A program made the position numbers and the translations under genes. The notes beneath the pieces are model-generated. The model made no database searches. It saw nothing but the letters and a program-made list of their open reading frames with translations, and was not told where the DNA came from. From an uncultured Collinsella sp. (GTDB lineage: Bacteria > Actinomycetota > Coriobacteriia > Coriobacteriales > Coriobacteriaceae): a stretch of 64,000 bases of DNA. Location: NCBI GenBank assembly GCA_902491055.1, contig CABUGI010000003.1, positions 8,536-72,535 of the forward strand, read 5' to 3'. Below, piece after piece: positions 49,045 to 57,869 of the stretch. The first letter of the stretch is position 1, and the number at the start of each line of letters is the position of its first letter.

Positions 49045-49254
49045 ACGTTCCTCTTTTAGGTTGCAACGCAAGCATTATAAAACGCGGTAAACGCGACGAG
49101 CCGGTGGGTTGGTTTCCATTCTGTTTCGCGGCCTGCAACCGACAGGTGTATTTGCGGGTACAGGCCGAGTCGCGGTCGTGCGTCGGGGGATTATACTGAG
49201 ACAAGCATAAAGAATTGGCGCCCCTGTTGTGCGCCGTGGCATTAAGAGGTGCAT

Positions 49255-50517
49255 ATGGCAGAGAAACTCATTCCACTGGAGGACGCACAGTCGATTGTCC
49301 TGTCGCACGTTGCTCCGACCGATCTCGTCGAGATTCCCGTGTGGCAGGCGGCTGGTTTTCCCTTGGCCGAGGACGCGGCGGCCGATATCGATATCTCGCC
49401 GTTTGCCAACAGCGCTATGGACGGATATGCCGTGCGCTCGGCGGACTTGGTGCAGGCATCTGGCGAGGCGCCGGTGACGCTCGACGTTATCGGACACGAG
49501 GCCGCGGGCCATGTGTTTGAGGGCGCAATCGGTGCGGGCGAGGCGGTCCGCATCATGACAGGCGCGCCGGTGCCCGAGGGTGCCGATGCCGTGGTGAAGT
49601 ACGAGATCGTCGATGTGCTCGACGGTGACGGCAACGAGGGCTCGCACGTTCGCTTTTCGGCGCCGGCCAAGGTAGGGGAGAACGTTCGCTCTGCTGCCGA
49701 GGAGGCCCATGCCGGCGATGTTGTGATGCACGCCGGCGAGGTCGTGGCTCCGGCGGGCGCGGGTCTGCTGGCGAGCGCCGGATACGCGAGCGTGAAGGTG
49801 CACGCTGCCCCGCGTGTGGGCATTATCTCGCTGGGCACGGAGCTGGTCGCGCCGGGTGAGCTGCCGGCGCGCGGGCAGATTCGCGATTCCAACTCGTCGG
49901 CGTTGATGGCCGAGGCACTCGATGCCGGCGCCGAGCCCGTATTCTACGGCATTGCGCCCGATGATGAGCAGGCGATCGCCGAGCTGGTGCATCGTGCCGT
50001 GCAGGAGTGCGACTTTGTCATTACGAGCGGTGGCGCCTCGGCGGGCGATTACGATTTCGTGACGGCGCTCGTCCGGCGCGAGGGCGAGGTACTGTTTGAC
50101 CGCATCTCGATGCGTCCGGGCAAGGCCATCACGTTTGGCTTGCTCGGGGGTAAGCCCTACCTAGGGCTTTCAGGCAATCCGGCTGCGGCGTATGTGGGCT
50201 TTGAGATGCTTGCCCGTCCGGCGATTCGCAAGATGCGCGGTTTTGCCGAGGTTGCGCGTCCCGTGCAGCAGGCGACGCTCACACACGGCGTGAAAAAGCG
50301 ACAGCATCGCCGCTTCTTCGATCGCGCCACGGTTTTGCGCGACCCCGAGACCGGTGAGTTGTTGGTGACCGAGGCTAAGACACAGAATTCGGCGCTGCTT
50401 GGAACTATGCAGCGTGCGAATTGCCTGTTGCGTATTGACGAAGGGCCGTGCGAGCTCAAGGCGGGAGATGCCGTGGACGTTGTTCGCGTCGACCTGCCCG
50501 AGGGAACGGCGCTATAG
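49255..50517 (+). CDS. moeA: Molybdopterin molybdotransferase MoeA
   Basis: MoeA-like length and sequence (SPFANSAMDGYAV, SGGASAGDYDF). Confidence 0.9.
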   Translation: MAEKLIPLEDAQSIVLSHVAPTDLVEIPVWQAAGFPLAEDAAADIDISPFANSAMDGYAVRSADLVQASGEAPVTLDVIGHEAAGHVFEGAIGAGEAVRIMTGAPVPEGADAVVKYEIVDVLDGDGNEGSHVRFSAPAKVGENVRSAAEEAHAGDVVMHAGEVVAPAGAGLLASAGYASVKVHAAPRVGIISLGTELVAPGELPARGQIRDSNSSALMAEALDAGAEPVFYGIAPDDEQAIAELVHRAVQECDFVITSGGASAGDYDFVTALVRREGEVLFDRISMRPGKAITFGLLGGKPYLGLSGNPAAAYVGFEMLARPAIRKMRGFAEVARPVQQATLTHGVKKRQHRRFFDRATVLRDPETGELLVTEAKTQNSALLGTMQRANCLLRIDEGPCELKAGDAVDVVRVDLPEGTAL

Positions 50518-50527
50518 GAGGAACGCT

Positions 50528-51007
50528 ATGGAGTTGAAGATTTCGATCGTGACGTGCTCGGACACACGCGATCTTTTGCAGGATGAGGCCGGAGCCGCAC
50601 TCGAGGAACTTATCGAGGCACAGGGCTGGACGGTCGCCTCACATGTGGTCGTGCGCGACGACGTCAGCGAGATCGGTGATGCCATTGTGGAAGCCGCCGA
50701 TGAGTGCCACGCCAATGTCGTGCTCACCTGCGGCGGCACGGGGCTTTCGATGCGCGACGTGACACCCGAGGCGACGCGCGCCGTCTGCGACCGCGATGTG
50801 CCGGGTATTGCAGAGGCGATTCGCGCGTACTCCATGACCAAGACGCGCCGCGCCATGCTCTCGCGCGCCGTGTGCATGCAACGAGGTCATACACTTGTCG
50901 TAAACTTTCCCGGTTCTACGAAGGCCGCCCGCGAAAGCTGGGAGGCCATAGCAGACCAGCTGGAGCACGCGGCTCAGATGACAGCGGGCGGCGGACATAC
51001 CAACTAA
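50528..51007 (+). CDS. mog: MogA/MoaB-family molybdenum cofactor biosynthesis protein
   Basis: TCGGTGLSMRDVTPEAT motif. AGGAGG RBS precedes ATG 50528. Confidence 0.85.
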   Translation: MELKISIVTCSDTRDLLQDEAGAALEELIEAQGWTVASHVVVRDDVSEIGDAIVEAADECHANVVLTCGGTGLSMRDVTPEATRAVCDRDVPGIAEAIRAYSMTKTRRAMLSRAVCMQRGHTLVVNFPGSTKAARESWEAIADQLEHAAQMTAGGGHTN

Positions 51008-51021
51008 GCGGTTTACCTGCG

Positions 51022-51058
51022 GCGGGGCGACCTTATCGGTCGCTCCGCTTTTGTTTTC
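51022..51058 (+). terminator. Intrinsic terminator after mog
   Basis: GCGGGGCGACC / GGTCGCTCCGC stem followed by TTTTGTTTT. Confidence 0.6.
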
Positions 51059-51106
51059 TGCCGAATCGACGCCAAGGTGCACGGTAACTTGAAACTATAT
51101 TCTCTG

Positions 51107-51139
51107 GCGAGAATAATTTCTCATTATCATTATTCGCGC
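51107..51139. promoter_or_regulatory. Inverted repeat adjacent to a TATAAT box upstream of modA (candidate operator)
   Basis: GCGAGAATAAT-N11-ATTATTCGCGC with one mismatch. TATAAT lies at 51145-51150. Confidence 0.3.
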
Positions 51140-51210
51140 GGAAGTATAATCTAGTAACAGAATAAAGCCTGCGGCGGGGTGCCCGGGCATAGCGTTCGAA
51201 AGGGTTGAAT

Positions 51211-52083
51211 ATGTTCGATATGGTTTCACGCCGCGGTTTTGTCTCGCTTTCTGCTGCCGCTGCCGCCGGCCTTGGCCTTGCCGGCTGCTCGGGCAACAAG
51301 ACGTCCGAGCCGGCCGGATCCGATGCCGGTTCTGCTAAGGCATCTTCCAAGAAGGTCGTCGAGCTGCAGGTCTTTGCTGCCAACTCGCTCGAGAAGGCTC
51401 TGCCCGAGGTTCAGGAGCTCTACACCGACCAGACCGGTACCACGTTTGCCGACACGCAGTTTAAGGCGTCTGGCGACCTTGTCGAGCAAATGCGCGCCGG
51501 TGCCGCCGTCGACGTGCTTGTCACGGCCTCCAAGGGCACCATGGATGACGCCGAGGCCGCCGAGCTCGTCGACGCCGACACGCGTGAGGACATGTTCGTC
51601 AACGACCTCGTGATCATTCGCGCCGAGGGCTCCGATACTAAGGTCGAGGCCATCGCCGACGTCGCGAATCTGGACGGTAAGATTGCCATCGGCGACGCCA
51701 AGACCGTCCCCGCCGGCAAGTACGCCAACCAGGCGCTGGCTTCCGTGGGCCTCTATACCGGTACCGAGGGCGACGACGGCGAGTGCGCGCCCGAGCTCGC
51801 CGACAAGGTAGCCCTGGCCGACAAGGTCGGCACCGCTGCGTCTTACGTCTCTACAGGCGACTGCGTGGCGGGTTTTGTCTACAGCTCCGACATCTTCCGC
51901 TACGACGGCATCGAGGAGGCCTTTGTGTGCCCCGAGGACTCGCACAAGCCCATCGTGTATCCCGGTGCCGTCGCCGAGAGCTCCGAGCACGCCGACGAGG
52001 CCAAGGCGTTCATCGACTTCTGCCTGACCAACAAGAAGGCCCAGAAGATTTGGGCCAAGTACGGCTTTGAGCTTTCCGAGTAG
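51211..52083 (+). CDS. modA: Molybdate ABC transporter substrate-binding lipoprotein ModA
   Basis: Signal SRRGFVSLSAAAAAGLGLAGCSG (twin-Arg-like plus lipobox); ModA-like body. Confidence 0.88.
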   Translation: MFDMVSRRGFVSLSAAAAAGLGLAGCSGNKTSEPAGSDAGSAKASSKKVVELQVFAANSLEKALPEVQELYTDQTGTTFADTQFKASGDLVEQMRAGAAVDVLVTASKGTMDDAEAAELVDADTREDMFVNDLVIIRAEGSDTKVEAIADVANLDGKIAIGDAKTVPAGKYANQALASVGLYTGTEGDDGECAPELADKVALADKVGTAASYVSTGDCVAGFVYSSDIFRYDGIEEAFVCPEDSHKPIVYPGAVAESSEHADEAKAFIDFCLTNKKAQKIWAKYGFELSE

Positions 52084-52151
52084 TGCGGCTTGGCGCGATA
52101 ATTCCATCGTTTTGTGTTTCACTCCGTCCTTGTATTCGCTTGGAGCTTTTC

Positions 52152-53594
52152 GTGCTTAATAGATTCCGCATGCTTGCCGCTTGTGCTTTGACCTTCGCGC
52201 TTTGCTGGGTGCCGGGATTTGCGTTTGCCGGGGACGCCGAGGACGGGGCCCAGGTTGCTGCGACCGCTCATGGGCTTTCCTATGGAATCGAGGGTTTTGA
52301 GCGGTTGGCGAAGGGGACCGCTCGTGCCATGGAGGGCCAGCCTGAGGGCTACCGGTTTCCCGTTGACGAGGATGTGGACCTTGTAGTGGCGCCTGCTGCC
52401 GATCGCGTTGTGGCGTGGATATCGCCCAAGGCGGTCGAGAAGTATGGATTGGATCCGCAGGACAACGAGTGCGTATCGGGTCTCAAGGCCCTCGTCTGTG
52501 ACCTCGACAGCGCAAACTGCATGGGAGGTGCGCGGCTGGGGGACGTGGATCTTCCTTGGTATGTCACGGCGGAAACAACGTTTGATGCCGGCGGGTATAC
52601 CTATGGCTTTGATGAGCGTGGTGCGGATGGGGACCGCTATGTGGTGATTGCATCAGCCTCGGGTGATGCCAAGGGCGGCGCGCGTTGGCTTGATAGCGCT
52701 CAAATGGTAGAGGCGTCGTCTGTCATATTGCGGGATGAGCAGGGGCCCTTGACCTCTCTGGTCTCCTTTTTGGGCGACATCGACTATCGCCCGTTTTGGG
52801 TGTCCATTAAAACGAGCGGCCTTGCCCTGGTGATCTCCCTTGCGCTGGGCCTGTTCGCCGCGTGGAAGACTATGGGTACCTCGAGTCGCATCAAGGGCCT
52901 GCTCGACTCGGTCTTTACCATCCCCATGGTGTTGCCGCCCACGGTCTGCGGCTTTTTGCTGCTTATGCTGTTTGGTCGCTCGACCGGGGTGGGCCAGTGG
53001 CTGATTGCGCACGGCGTCTCGATTGTCTTTACGTGGCCGGCGGCGGTGATCTCTGCCGTGGTGGTATCGTTCCCCCTGGTCTACCGTACGGCGCTCGGCG
53101 CCTTTGAGAGCCTCGACACGCAGATGCTTGACGCCGCGCGAACCCTGGGATGGTCCGAGCGTCGCATCTTTGCCAAGCTTATGATGCCGCTTGGGTGGCC
53201 TTCTATTGCCGCTGGTACGGTCCTCGCCTTTGCCCGCGCGATGGGAGAGTTTGGCTGCACGCTGTTCTTTGCGGGCAACTACGCCGGCATTACGCAGACC
53301 ATCCCCATTGCGATTTACTTTGAGTGGATGGGCGGCAACACCTCGGTGGCCCTCTTTTGGGTCGCCGTCGTGATCGTGTTCAGCTTCCTGGTCATCCTGT
53401 TCATCAACATGTACACCGCTCATTCGCAAAAGTATCGCGAGCGGGGCCTTTCCCGTGCGGAGCGCAAGCGGATCAAAGATCTTGCCGGACAGGGCGATTC
53501 GCTCGATCCGGCGGGCGGCGATGCCTTGCGTATCGATCGCGAGGCGCTGGCCGAGCTCATGCGCGATGATGCCGCTTTGCAGGGAGGTCGATAG
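52152..53594 (+). CDS. modB: Molybdate ABC permease ModB fused to a ~200-aa N-terminal extracytoplasmic domain of unknown type
   Basis: The C-terminal ~270 aa is ModB-like (FTIPMVLPPTVCGF, EAA-type LDAARTLGWSERRIF). The N-terminal part has a signal peptide and no recognisable family. Single open frame. Confidence 0.8.
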   Translation: MLNRFRMLAACALTFALCWVPGFAFAGDAEDGAQVAATAHGLSYGIEGFERLAKGTARAMEGQPEGYRFPVDEDVDLVVAPAADRVVAWISPKAVEKYGLDPQDNECVSGLKALVCDLDSANCMGGARLGDVDLPWYVTAETTFDAGGYTYGFDERGADGDRYVVIASASGDAKGGARWLDSAQMVEASSVILRDEQGPLTSLVSFLGDIDYRPFWVSIKTSGLALVISLALGLFAAWKTMGTSSRIKGLLDSVFTIPMVLPPTVCGFLLLMLFGRSTGVGQWLIAHGVSIVFTWPAAVISAVVVSFPLVYRTALGAFESLDTQMLDAARTLGWSERRIFAKLMMPLGWPSIAAGTVLAFARAMGEFGCTLFFAGNYAGITQTIPIAIYFEWMGGNTSVALFWVAVVIVFSFLVILFINMYTAHSQKYRERGLSRAERKRIKDLAGQGDSLDPAGGDALRIDREALAELMRDDAALQGGR

Positions 53595-53597
53595 GCC

Positions 53598-54668
53598 ATG
53601 TCGCTCGTTCTGGATATCAAAAAGCGCTATCCCGGGTTTATGCTCGACATGCAGCTTGAGGCCGGCGAGGATCGTGTGGCGCTGCTCGGTGCCTCGGGTT
53701 GTGGCAAGAGCTGTACGCTGCGCTGCATCGCCGGCGTGGAGACGCCCGACGAGGGCAAGATCGTCGTCAACGGCGTGACCTTTTTTGACTCGGCGACGGG
53801 CATCAACCTGTCGCCCCAGGAGCGAAAATGCGCCCTGCTGTTCCAAAACTATCAGCTGTTTCCCAACATGACGGTGGCCGATAACGTATGCGCCGGTGTA
53901 AAGGATGCGGGCGACGCCGCCGCGCGCAAAAAGCTCGCCGAGCGCTATCTGGGCATTTTCGGTCTGTCCGATTTTGCCGACCGCTATCCCGCGCGACTCT
54001 CGGGCGGTCAGCAACAACGTGTGGCGCTTGCCCGCATGGTGGCGGCGCATCCGGGCATTTTTATGTTCGACGAGCCCATGAGCGCACTCGATTCCTATCT
54101 TAAGAGCGCCCTCGAACAGAACATGCTCGACCTGTTCGATGTATGCAACCGCACCGTGCTCTACGTGAGCCACGACATCGACGAAGCGTGCCGCCTGTGC
54201 GGGCGCATCTGCGTGATGCACGACGGGCATGTTGAGGAGATCGGCTCCGTCGAGGACGTGGTCCGCCGTCCGCAGACGCTGGCGGCACTGCGCCTGACGG
54301 GCTGCAAGAACACAAGCCGGGCGCGCAAGATCGGGTCTCAGGAAGTTGAAGCCCTGGACTGGGGCATGACCTTTAACGTGGGCCATGAGGTTCCCGATAA
54401 CGTGACGTACCTCGGTATTCGTGCGAGCTACTTCCATGTTGACAATCGCGCGGAGCGCGGTCGCAACAGCTACGATTTGCACGTGGCCCGTGTGAGCGAT
54501 TCGCGCTTTGAGCGGCTGGTGCTGCTGGACGTGCCGCGTGCTGATGCGCCCACGCGTCTGCAGTGGAAGGTGAATAAGGTGAGTGTACCCGTGGAAGAGC
54601 TGCCGCAGGCGGGTGAGACTCTGCGCATGCATTTTGATGCAAGCAGGATCCATCTCGTTTGCCGATAA
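53598..54668 (+). CDS. modC: Molybdate ABC transporter ATP-binding protein ModC (with C-terminal TOBE-like domain)
   Basis: GASGCGKSCTL Walker A and [13 protein letters not shown] signature. Confidence 0.9.
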   Translation: MSLVLDIKKRYPGFMLDMQLEAGEDRVALLGASGCGKSCTLRCIAGVETPDEGKIVVNGVTFFDSATGINLSPQERKCALLFQNYQLFPNMTVADNVCAGVKDAGDAAARKKLAERYLGIFGLSDFADRYPARLSGGQQQRVALARMVAAHPGIFMFDEPMSALDSYLKSALEQNMLDLFDVCNRTVLYVSHDIDEACRLCGRICVMHDGHVEEIGSVEDVVRRPQTLAALRLTGCKNTSRARKIGSQEVEALDWGMTFNVGHEVPDNVTYLGIRASYFHVDNRAERGRNSYDLHVARVSDSRFERLVLLDVPRADAPTRLQWKVNKVSVPVEELPQAGETLRMHFDASRIHLVCR

Positions 54669-54680
54669 TGCGGGTGCGAT

Positions 54681-54716
54681 GCGGTCGAGGAGGTAGTCCT
54701 CGACCGCTTTGTTTTC
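54681..54716 (+). terminator. Intrinsic terminator after modC
   Basis: GCGGTCGAGGA / TCCTCGACCGC stem followed by TTTGTTTT. Confidence 0.65.
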
Positions 54717-54750
54717 ACTTCGCCGTTCGCCGATTTCTACATGACTAAAC

Positions 54751-54778
54751 CTTATCAGTCTGATAATTAATTATCAGA
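54751..54778. promoter_or_regulatory. Fur-box-like palindromic operator candidate
   Basis: Perfect 20-bp palindrome TCTGATAATTAATTATCAGA (54759-54778), preceded by a third half-site TTATCAG. GATAAT/ATTATC hexamers resemble Fur-family boxes. Confidence 0.4.
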
Positions 54779-54884
54779 CAGCGAGATGCTCACATCCCAA
54801 CGTTGTCGTACGCGTGTCGGCGGTGTTCGTCTTGACGACAACCGTTGATATAGTTACCTTCGACGAGAAAAGGAGGGCGCGCCG

Positions 54885-54953
54885 ATGCTGCAGAAGACAT
54901 ATTCGCGTCGCGTTGCCGCGCGCGCCCTGTATATGGCTCGGAGCCGCATATGA
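54885..54953 (+). promoter_or_regulatory. Candidate 22-codon leader ORF in the long 5' region of the reductase-selenium operon
   Basis: AAAGGAGGG lies 7 nt before the ATG. Encodes MLQKTYSRRVAARALYMARSRI. Confidence 0.2.
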
Positions 54954-55112
54954 GCAGGTATGTTCACGGCTCCGGGAGAGACGACGCACAACTAAATAAT
55001 CGACCGCAAAGCGGGTTCCCCAAAATTCCGGGTTTGAGCACGGCTGGGTTTTCGCCACCCACCGTGCAGAAATACCGTAGCTATTCATTTTTGGTTCGAG
55101 AGGGGAACCGTC

Positions 55113-56396
55113 ATGGCTGAAGAATTCGATTTCCATCCGATGTGGGAGAGCCTCGGCATGAATCTTGCCGACCACGACATGCTGCTGGGCGCCGTGGGCC
55201 AGATGTACGGCGATATGTTCCTGACGCAGAACAATCGCCCCAAGTCTACGTCCTACCTGGATTTTGTCGCCACCAACATCCACAGCGGCCGTATTAAGGA
55301 GATGCTCGACAAGAAGGAGGCCGGCGAGGCCACCAAGATCGTCGGTTCGTTCTGTGTGTACGTGCCCGAGGAGATCGTGCTTGCCTGCGATGGCATCCCC
55401 GTGGGCCTGTGCTCGGGTGCCGACTGGGCGACCGACAAGGTCGAGGAGCATCTGCCGCGCAACACCTGCCCGCTCATCAAGAGCTTTGCCGGCTTTAAGC
55501 TGGGCGAGGTTTGCCCCTACATTGAGTCGAGTGATCTGGTGGTGGGCGAGAACACCTGCGATGGTAAGAAGAAGGCCTACGAGTTCTTTGCCACGCAAAA
55601 GAACATGTACGTCATGGATATTCCCAACGTGCACGACGAGTCGACGCTCGTGACCTGGAAGGCCGAGGTCAAAAAGCTCGCCGCCAAGATCGAGGAAGAG
55701 TGTGGCGTCAAGATTACGCCCGAGCGCCTGAAGGCTGCCATCCACGCCGTCAACGAGAAGCGTCGCGCCCTGCAGCGTCTGGCTGCGACCCGCGCTGCCG
55801 ATCCGGCGCCCATCAGCGGTCTCGACAGCCTGCTGACCGTTCAGGCCGCCTTTATGGATGACACGCCGCGCCTGACCGGCGCCATCAACGAAATGGCGGC
55901 TGAGTGCGAGCAGCGCGTTGAGGCCGGCGAGGGTGTGGCGCCCAAGGGCACCAAGCGCATCCTGTACACCGGTACGCCCATGGCCGTGCCCAACTGGAAG
56001 CTGTTCAACCTCATCGAGAAGGCCGGCGGCGTCGTGGTGGGCGAGGAGTCCTGCACGGGCTCGCGCTACTACAAGGATCTGGTCGACGAGTCCGGCGAGA
56101 CGGTCGACGAGATGCTCGACGCCATCGCCGAGCGCTACTTTAAGATCAACTGCGCTGTCTTTACGCCCAATGACCAGCGTATGAAGGACATTGTCCAGAT
56201 GGCCAAGGACCTGCATGCCGACGGCATCGTCGACGTGGCCCTGCAGTTCTGCACACTCTACGAGATGGAGTCGTTTGCCGTGGAGAAGGCCGCCGAGGAG
56301 GCCGGCATTCCGTTTATGCACATCACGACCGACTACGCCGGCGAGGATGCAGGCCAACTGCAAACCAGGATCGAGGCTTTCTTGGAAACCATTTAG
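55113..56396 (+). CDS. Double-cubane-cluster / 2-hydroxyacyl-CoA dehydratase (HgdB/BcrB-like) family protein, paralog 1
   Basis: Conserved Cys blocks FCVYVPEE, NTCPLIKS, ENTCDGKKK, ESCTGSR and QFCTLY. An activase gene follows. Confidence 0.85.
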   Translation: MAEEFDFHPMWESLGMNLADHDMLLGAVGQMYGDMFLTQNNRPKSTSYLDFVATNIHSGRIKEMLDKKEAGEATKIVGSFCVYVPEEIVLACDGIPVGLCSGADWATDKVEEHLPRNTCPLIKSFAGFKLGEVCPYIESSDLVVGENTCDGKKKAYEFFATQKNMYVMDIPNVHDESTLVTWKAEVKKLAAKIEEECGVKITPERLKAAIHAVNEKRRALQRLAATRAADPAPISGLDSLLTVQAAFMDDTPRLTGAINEMAAECEQRVEAGEGVAPKGTKRILYTGTPMAVPNWKLFNLIEKAGGVVVGEESCTGSRYYKDLVDESGETVDEMLDAIAERYFKINCAVFTPNDQRMKDIVQMAKDLHADGIVDVALQFCTLYEMESFAVEKAAEEAGIPFMHITTDYAGEDAGQLQTRIEAFLETI

Positions 56397-56413
56397 GGCT
56401 ATCCGTCTCGGCG

Positions 56414-56512
56414 GCTTCCCCAGGCACCCGATCTTGCCGTTCTAACTGTCGCTTGCGTACCAAAGTACGCGGCGCTCCTCTTTCACGGCAACCTCGAGCA
56501 CCTGGGAAAGCC
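56414..56512 (+). repeat. ~100-nt intergenic repeat, copy A
   Basis: GCTTCCCCAGGCA...GTCGCTTGCGTACCAAAGTACGC...GCGCTCCTCTTT...GCACCTGGGAAAG. About 83% identical to copy B by hand alignment. Confidence 0.8.
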
Positions 56513-56550
56513 GTTTCCTTGGTTGGTTAAAAGGTTTGTTAAGGAGCTAT

Positions 56551-57714
56551 ATGTCGGAATATATTGAGCAGCCGTTGCCGTCCACGTTTGAGGAGTTCAA
56601 CGAGCAGCGCAAGGCGGCGTTTATTCGCGTCAAGGATTATAAGCAGGCGGGTAATCGCCTGGTCGGCTTTTTGTGCAGCTACACGCCGCTCGAGATTATC
56701 GATGCCGCGGGCGCTGCAAGTGTGGCCTTGTGCGGCACATCCGACGAGGTGATTCCCGAGGCCGAGAAGGTGCTGCCGGCAAACCTCTGCCCGCTCATCA
56801 AGTCGACCTACGGTTTTGCCTACTCGCAAAAGTGCCCGTTTACGTACTTTAGCGACATGATCATCGGCGAGACCACCTGCGACGGCAAGAAGAAGATGTA
56901 CGAGCTACTCAACGAGCTCAAGCGCACGCACATTCTGCATCTTCCGCAGGGTCGCGATCGCGCCTACGAGCGCGAAGGCTGGTACGAGGAGTGCCGCCTG
57001 CTCAAGGAGGAGCTCGAGGGCTTCTACGGCATCACGATTACCGACGATGACCTGCGTGCTGCCGTCCGTCGTCGCAACCGCTTGCGTGCGGCTCAGCTCA
57101 AGATGTTTGCGCTGCAGGCCAACCAGCCGGCGGCCATGAGCGGCGTCGACTTGATGAGCACTATGTTTGCCGGTACGTTCAGCTTTGATATCGAGGCCTA
57201 TACGCAGCAGCTGGAGCAAAAGGTCGCCAAGCTGCGCGAGGCCTACGACGCGGGCGAGCGCCCGGTTGCGGCGGACGCCAAGCGCATTCTGATCACCGGT
57301 TGCCCGGTGGGCGGTGTGATCAACAAGATCGGCCGCACCATCGAGTCCAACGGCGGCGTGGTCGTGTGCATGGACGACTGCTCGGGCGAGCGCACGGCGG
57401 CCATGATGATCGACCCGGAGGCTCCCGACATCTTGCGCGCCATCGCCGACCGCTACCTGGACATTAACTGCTCGGTCATGACGCCCAACGACGGTCGTAT
57501 GGAAAACGCGCTGGCCATGTGCGAGAAGTACCATGTCGATGGCGTGGTAGAGAGCGTGCTGCAGGCCTGCCACACCTTTAACGTTGAGAGCGCACGCATG
57601 CAGGAGGCCGTCGAGGGTGCGGATATTCCGTACATGAAGATCGAGACCGACTACAGCAACGGCGACATGGGCCAGATCGAGACGCGCATCGCCGCCTTTA
57701 TCGAGACGCTCTAG
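56551..57714 (+). CDS. Double-cubane-cluster / 2-hydroxyacyl-CoA dehydratase family protein, paralog 2
   Basis: [24 protein letters not shown] and QACHTF blocks. AAGGAG RBS precedes ATG 56551. Confidence 0.85.
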   Translation: MSEYIEQPLPSTFEEFNEQRKAAFIRVKDYKQAGNRLVGFLCSYTPLEIIDAAGAASVALCGTSDEVIPEAEKVLPANLCPLIKSTYGFAYSQKCPFTYFSDMIIGETTCDGKKKMYELLNELKRTHILHLPQGRDRAYEREGWYEECRLLKEELEGFYGITITDDDLRAAVRRRNRLRAAQLKMFALQANQPAAMSGVDLMSTMFAGTFSFDIEAYTQQLEQKVAKLREAYDAGERPVAADAKRILITGCPVGGVINKIGRTIESNGGVVVCMDDCSGERTAAMMIDPEAPDILRAIADRYLDINCSVMTPNDGRMENALAMCEKYHVDGVVESVLQACHTFNVESARMQEAVEGADIPYMKIETDYSNGDMGQIETRIAAFIETL

Positions 57715-57813
57715 CTTCCCCAGGCATAGGATCTTGCTCCTCAAACCGTCGCTTGCGTACCCAAAGTACGCTGCGCTCCTCTTTTGGGGCAATCTCCGGC
57801 ACCTGAGAAACCT
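57714..57813 (+). repeat. ~100-nt intergenic repeat, copy B
   Basis: Starts at the last base of the paralog-2 stop codon. Same order of conserved blocks as copy A, including the GCGTAC-loop-GTACGC hairpin. Confidence 0.8.
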
Positions 57814-57869
57814 AGAGCTAAGGCGCCTGAACACGCCGTTACCTTTGATGTTTAGATTGGGAGAGAGCC

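Noticed and set aside
51059-51210. Moco riboswitch upstream of modA
   Set aside because: I recognised no conserved Moco-motif sequence. The repeated CCTGCGGCGGGG (51016 and 51169) is short and may be chance. An Rfam scan would settle this.
52653-56363. 666-aa and 529-aa minus-strand ORFs
   Set aside because: They are antisense to modB/modC and to the first reductase paralog, so they are shadow frames.
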